NCBI GenBank assembly: GCA_003971905.1
Contig: RSEE01000041.1
Coordinates: forward strand, 248,001 to 312,000
Source of the DNA: Moniliella sp. 'wahieum'
Taxonomy: Eukaryota
Direction: 5' to 3'
DNA length: 64,000 nt
This document shows positions 58,237-64,000 of the stretch, piece by piece. A model generated the notes under the pieces. The model worked only from the letters and a program-made list of their open reading frames with translations, did no database searches and was not told the origin of the DNA. Made by a program: the position numbers and the translations under genes. Position 1 is the first letter of the stretch. Each line of letters starts with the position of its first letter.

Positions 58237-60967
58237 ATGTCCCAGTCGTACGCTCCGCCCTCCGCTGCCCCCATCGCCATCTGACCCCCCCCCCGCCCGC
58301 CGCCAGCATCGACAAGCACGTCCGCGCCGCCACCACCAAGCCCAACGGGCGTGCGCCCAAGCCCAAGCACATCGACCCCCTCCTCGCCACACCTTCTCCC
58401 GCGACCCCGACTCCGCGACCCGTCCATGCCCTCGCTCCCGTCTCTCCGACCGCGCCCCGAGGTCGCCTTCAAGACGCTCATCGTCATCCACACCCTCGTC
58501 CGCAACGGCGGCGTCGAAGAGGTCCTCTCCAGTCGCCGGGGGCGATTGCGCCCAACAACTCAAGGCCTTGGCCGGCCGCGGCGGGTATGGCGGCGCGTCG
58601 CGCGGGGCCAGTGCGTACGCTTCGTTGGTCCGCAGTTACGCGACCCTACCTAGACGATCGCGGTGCGCGCCTATAAGGAGCTCCATCACGACGTCATCCG
58701 TGTCTCTGACACGGACCGCGCAGGCGCGGGCACCAACCGCTTGCGCAAGCTCACTGTCGACCGGGGCCTACTGCGCGAAATTGGCATTACGCAGAAGAAT
58801 GTGGAAACTCGGTGCTCAATGCTGACGTATGTTGGACGCTGTCCCAGACCCTTTCCTCACGCTGCCCTGACCTCACTCGCCTCACTAACCCTCCCTCTCA
58901 TTTCAGTTCTTCTCGAGGATTGCAAGACCCGCTGGTGATCGTGGCAGCTCAGATGTGCTTCAAGGATGTGCTGGCTGTGTATGCCGGGATCAACGAGGGA
59001 GTGATCAACATGCTCGAACATTACTTTGAAATGGCCAAAACGGATGCTGCTCGTGCCCTCGAGCTGTACCGCCGCTTCGTCAGCCAGACGGAGAAGGTAG
59101 TAAGCTACCTCAACCAATCCCGCCGGGTGTCGCAATCGCTGGGCTTCCAAGTCCCCAAGCTTCGCCATGCGCCCACTGGCCTGGCCACCGCCTTGCAAGA
59201 GTACCTCAACGATCCCAACTTTGAACAGAACCGGCTCGAGTACAAGGAGAGCAAGCGGATTGCCGATGGAGGCCACTTCCCAACCCCCCGCCTAGCAAGC
59301 CCAAGGAAACCCCCAAAGCCGGAGCCAGCACCACCCCCTGCGGCCCCCAAGCCTCCTACAGATAACCAGGCGGTCCAGGATTTCTTTGCCTCCATCGATA
59401 CCAATCCGGCACAGTCGACGTTCGCCGTTCCTCATGATACGTTCACTGATATGTACGGCGGCATGTACGCCCAACCGACCGGCATGGGCGGCATGTACGA
59501 CCCTTCTCTGCAGATGGGCATGCAACCGCAGCCGACCGGCTTTAACCCCTTTGTCCAGCCGATGATGGCGCAGCCCACTGGGTTCATGCCCCCTCAACAA
59601 ACAGGGATGGTACAACCGGCCTTCACCGGAGCTCCCCCGGTGCCTTCGCTGCCGACAAGGCCAGGCGCTACCCCAAACGCAGGCTCTCACCGCTCAGCAA
59701 ACGGGCACCTTCACCCTTTCCGGCCTGGGGCGGTGGGCACGCAACTGCCTGTGGGGGCGCAGGCAACGGGCATGTCCTCGCAACAGCTCCAGCCGCAAGT
59801 GACCGGCTTTGCATTTGGTTCGACGCAGTACCCCCTCACGGCTCAAGCGACGGGGGCCAGTGCCGGGCCCAACCCTGCGCACCTACCTCCTGTGCGTGAT
59901 GGGCGGACCAAGAGTCCGCCGCCTGCGCGTTCGGCCGGTGCGGCCAAGCCGTTGACGGCGCAAAAGACAGGATCGAGGAACCCGTTGCGCCGCCAGGCGG
60001 GCTTCCTTCCCCGCCTCCTTCCCGGCCTACCTTGCCCACCTTATCCGAGCTGGCAGAGCAAGGGGTCACCAACAAGTACGGCCTTGGTGCCGATGGCTGG
60101 GACGGTGCTTCCTCCTCCACCGCTACCCCACCACCGCCCCACCCTCCCAGCCTTCCAGTTTGGCGCCGCAGCCTACCGGTCTGCTGGGCAACGTGGCTAG
60201 TGAATTTACGCGTTCGGGCCAAGCGAATTTACAAGCGCAAGCGACCGGCGCGCCTCCGCCGACCACCCAAGGTTGTCCAACGCAATGGGCTCCTTGTCGC
60301 TCAACACGGCGGTGCTGAGCCAGCCAACGGGAATCGGGAGTGGAGCGAGTCCTGCCGGTGGTCTGGGTACGCCCGGTGGCCTGGGTACGCCCGGCGGCCT
60401 CGCCCCCCAAGCAACCGGTACCGTTCGGCCTTTCAAGCCCGAATCGGCGTTTGGCGCCAGTCTGGCAAGCCAGCCCACGGGGGCTGGCACGGTAGCCAAC
60501 CCTTTGGTGCCAGTAGCGGCTTGTCGGTCCAGACGGGAGCAGGAGCAGGACTGGGCAGTGTGCCAGCTGGCTCGCCCGCCTCGCCGCTCTCTTTGCCGGG
60601 TGTCGGGGGGCAGTCTACCGGGCTGGGGTTGGGGGGGAGTGGGCTGACGGCCCAGCCAACGGGTTTGGGGTCGCAGCTCCTTGGATCGGGAGCGGGAGCG
60701 GGGGTGGGGGCCCAAGCTCCCGCCCTGTCCCCGTCGCAAACGCCTGGATTGGGAAGCAATGGGCTGGCGCCAACGTCTTTGCAAGTGCTAATGGCAGCTT
60801 GTCCCCCTCGCGCCGTTGGCGACGCAAACAACGGGCTTGCCCGGTTCGAGTGTCAAGCCGTTCCAGCCCTCGAGCGCGTTTGGCCAATCGCAGTTCCAGC
60901 CCGGTCCGCTGGGCGCTCAGCCAACGGCGCAGGCGTGCGGGAACCACATTTGGCACGTTGATTTGAC
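58237..60967 (+). CDS. ANTH-domain clathrin assembly protein (AP180/Yap1801-2/PICALM family)
   Basis: APKPKHIDPLL, VAFKTLIVIHTLVRNG, VRAYKELHHDVIR, NRLRKLTVDRGLLREI, INEGVINMLEHYFEMAKTDAARALELYRRF, PKLRHAPTGLATALQEYLNDPNFEQNR; C-terminal QPTG/QATG repeats and NPF motifs; two introns. Confidence 0.92.
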
Positions 60968-62067
60968 CTGGACCAAGATTCAATGGGCTGGCAGGCTGGG
61001 CGCGCTAGGGATCCAGCGTGCATCGGTATCAGCATCTCATTGATCTGAGATCTGAGAATCTGATCTCTGATCTCTGATTCCCCCCTTAGGCCTGAGGCTC
61101 AGGCTTTATTCTCAATCGATTATTCCCTTGACCTGCAGAGGCAAGTTGGATGGATGGTTCAACTAGTCCAATTCATGAAGCATGGCCCTCCCCTTTTCTC
61201 CCTCTGCCCCTCTTTCTTCCCTTGCTGTCTTTCCTCTGTTCCTCTTTTCCCCGGTCCCATGCTCACTGTCCCGGCTGGGCACGGTGGCCGTTTCCCCCCT
61301 GTGGACTGCTATTCCCGGCGGTGTCCCGCTTTCTTGTTCTTATCTTTCCCCCCCCGTGACCGCCCTCTGTTGTGTTGTGTTTTCTCGCCCCTCGCCCCGC
61401 AGCGGGGGTCGGGAGGGAACAGCGACAGTGTGGCATGCCAATGGACCGCCTGCCCCATCGCCGCGTGTGCGCCGTGAAGCATAGAGAGAGCAGCGCTCGG
61501 CCCATCGTTCTGCGCGGGACGATGCGGATGATGTCTGTTGGGTGGGCTTGGATTCAATATTCATCTCCAGACCAGGCGAGGCGCGGGTGGCCGCGAGTGA
61601 AAGCGGCTGGGGCGGCGCTCTTTCACACTGTGCTGGCCACTCGCCCCTCCCAGCGCCAACCGTTCGCCCGCGGGCCAGCGCCAATGTGCGGGGAAAATCA
61701 GCCAGGCAGCACAGCACAGCAGCTGCATGCCACACCCCACTACCACAGCACACCCCCCACCCCCCTGCACATCCCTCACCGGCCACCCACGCACGACGCA
61801 TGACGGCATGACGCACGATACCCACCCCCCACTGCCCCTGTGCCAGCCGCGTCGCCCAGCTGCGCTGCTGGTGCTGCCCCGCCCCGCGCCTGGCACTGGC
61901 GCTGTGCGGCCCACCGCACACGCTGCCCCTGTGCGGGCGGCGGGCAGGGCCAGCGCGGCGGGCGAAGGCAGCCGCAGCCCCGCTCAGCGCAGCCCAGCCC
62001 AACTTCAACTTCCCACCCGGCGCCTCGCACGCCCTCCCCACCACCTCCTCCACCGCCCCATCGCACG

Positions 62068-64000
62068 ATGCTGCGCGGCCACAAGGGAGACACGTATGCG
62101 CGCGACCTGCAGGACGCCCGCATGCGTGGCGCCTGGGACGCCCCCGCCTCCCCCCCCGCCGCCAAGCACTCCAAGCTGGGCAAGCCCAAGCCCAAGGCCG
62201 AGTTTGCTGTTGCGCCGTCTCCCACCTCGCGCGTAAGCTCTCCAAGCCACAGCGGGGGCGTAGGCGACGTTGCCTCGGCCGAGTTTGAGCTGCGCGCGTT
62301 CCTGCGTGCGTACTGGGACGAGGTGGGCTGGAACGCCCGCAGCCACGCCTCGGACTTTGCCCGCCCCGCCCATGTTGGCCACACTGCCTTCCCCCCGCCC
62401 GTGCCGCAGTCGGGATCGGGCGCGACCTGGGGCAGCGACAAGTACGCTGGCATCCTGTCCAACCTCGATGGGCTGTACAAGCGCCAGCACCGAGGCCCAG
62501 AAGAACTCGATCCTGCCCATCCTCGCCTACGCCCTGCTGCATGCCGGCCGCGAGGAGGAGGCAGTGATGGTGCTGCACGATGCGCATTTCATCGAGTCGC
62601 TCTCGATTGAGGAGATGCGATCGACGAGTCACAGCGGCGACTATGACGTAGTGTTGGTCATCTTGGGCTTTGTCGTGTACGGCATGGCCAACGAGCGCTT
62701 GCACCACGCGGACCCCAAGGCAGGCTATGCGCCTTTGCATTTGCCGGGTACGCACGTGCGATTGACTTGTACGACGGGGTGCGGGGCACGCTCAAGGGCA
62801 GCACGCCCGACGAGATGGACCGGTGGGGCGCATTGGCACTGTACCGCAACGCGCTCCTGAGCGTTCGCGAAGGCGACACGATCCTCGCGCTCAATGCGTG
62901 CGTGCGTACCAGACCCATGCTACCCGCTGGCCGCCCTCGTTTGTCCCAACGGAGCGCGCGGTGATTTACCGTACCTACCTCGAAGTACTCAACCGGTCCG
63001 TTGTCCAGCGCGCATACCAGCCTCCGCTCTCACGCCCGAACCGGGCCAACACGACCCTCGCTCGCAGATCTACCAGATCAAGGTCCTGCAGACGGTCGCG
63101 GCGCGCGTGCCCATTATCAGTGGTGTCAGTGGCGAGAAGGGGGCGCCAATTCCCGTTCGGCCCGGCTCCACCGCTCGCTCGGTCATCAGCCGCACCGTTT
63201 CCTCGTCGTCCCCGCCGGAGCAGCAGCATGCGTCCTGGTTCCTTGGTCTGGGGCGACGAGGTGTACACGGTCAGCGCGGCCCTTTCGCCCATCCTCGCCC
63301 GCTCCAGCGATTTCCCTCGCGCCGGCCAAAACCAATTTGCTCATGCTGGAATTGGCCGATGCCCTGATGACGTCGTGGAAACTCAATGGGCAAGAAGGCG
63401 GACTGGTCGCGGACGACCTGGTGCAAGTACGTATCGTATCCTTCCCCCTACCCCTCGCATCGAATCCCCCCCTCCTTCCTCCCCTCTCTTTCTCCCCCCC
63501 CCCCCCCCCCCACTATCGTCCTGAATACTAACGTCATTCCAGACCTTGTACGTGATGACACGGATGACGTTTGACTCGCACCTCATCACCCGTAGTCTGA
63601 TGGAGGCGCTCACTGTGGCGGAGCAGTACGAGGAGGCGGAACGTGCGCTTGGTCTGTACGTTGAGCTGGTGAACAAGGCGCGCGAGGCGGCGGAGGCCGA
63701 GCGCAAGAATGCGCGCAAACAGAGGAAGATGCCCAGTCGGAAGCCTCGGCCGCGTCGGCCAACAAATTTGACGATCACGACGATAGCGAAACGTATGCGC
63801 GTTCGTTGCTGTTTGGGGCACGGCTACTGGGCAAGGGATGGGTAAGCACCGCGAAGCGACGAGTTGGCTCGCCAGGCCTTGGCCATGGTGGAGACCGACG
63901 CTGAGGTTGCTACCCCCCCCGAGGATGCCGACCAGGAAGAGAAGCAAGCTCATGCGGAGCTCCTGGCGTACATTCAGCGTGGCGCCGGGATTGCGCGCAG
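62068..64000 (+). CDS. Helical-repeat protein, probably Ypp1/TTC7 (PI4-kinase scaffold); runs off the window
   Basis: N-terminal HKGDTYARDLQDARMRGAW resembles the Ypp1/TTC7 start; TPR-like ALTVAEQYEEAERALGLYVELVNKARE and LYVMTRMTFDSHLITRSL; intron at about 63428-63542. Confidence 0.6.

Noticed and set aside
371..61105. Palindromic arrays as cloning polylinkers or restriction-site artefacts
   Set aside because: The cores coincide with 6-cutter sites only because those are palindromes; the arrays are degenerate, dispersed and seen only in intergenic DNA, unlike vector sequence.
1..64000. Mating-type locus, biosynthetic gene cluster or intact transposon
   Set aside because: No homeodomain, pheromone or receptor, PKS/NRPS/terpene synthase, transposase, reverse transcriptase, LTR or terminal inverted repeats were recognised; the many TFs are of unrelated families.

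Overview
Eukaryotic, GC-rich, compact fungal genomic DNA. It is most likely a basidiomycete, judging from short GT-AG introns with CTGAC/CTAAC branch points, an MP88-type mannoprotein and a basidiomycete-type Gcn4. The assembly is unpolished: nearly every conserved gene is broken by 1-nt indels in short homopolymers, so the ORF track fragments real genes and CDS ends below are approximate. About 21 protein genes can be reconstructed: a C2H2 TF, PPT1, a giant coiled-coil protein, RPS26, an S/P-rich orphan, RAD23, pirin, an HSF-type TF, COX18, EAF, a Zn2Cys6 TF, an MP88-like mannoprotein, CDK8/SSN3, MsrB, RRP7, AP-1 mu, a candidate securin, Gcn4/Cpc1, a MADS-box TF, an ANTH/AP180 adaptor and a Ypp1/TTC7-like protein. 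There is also one intron-containing tRNA-Ala(CGC). The most interesting observations are: (1) a pervasive, apparently non-coding 'grammar' of tandem 7-bp units, each a 6-bp A....T palindrome plus one spacer base, with many unrelated cores, suggesting a fold-back/template-switch sequence-generating process; (2) an orphan ORF with the motif set and MCB-like promoter of a securin; (3) a uORF-controlled Gcn4 leader with an open in-frame upstream extension; (4) a PPT1 apparently fused to a membrane domain; (5) CACGTG pairs spaced exactly 14 bp apart in two bidirectional promoters. All family calls are from recognised motifs; no database search was run.
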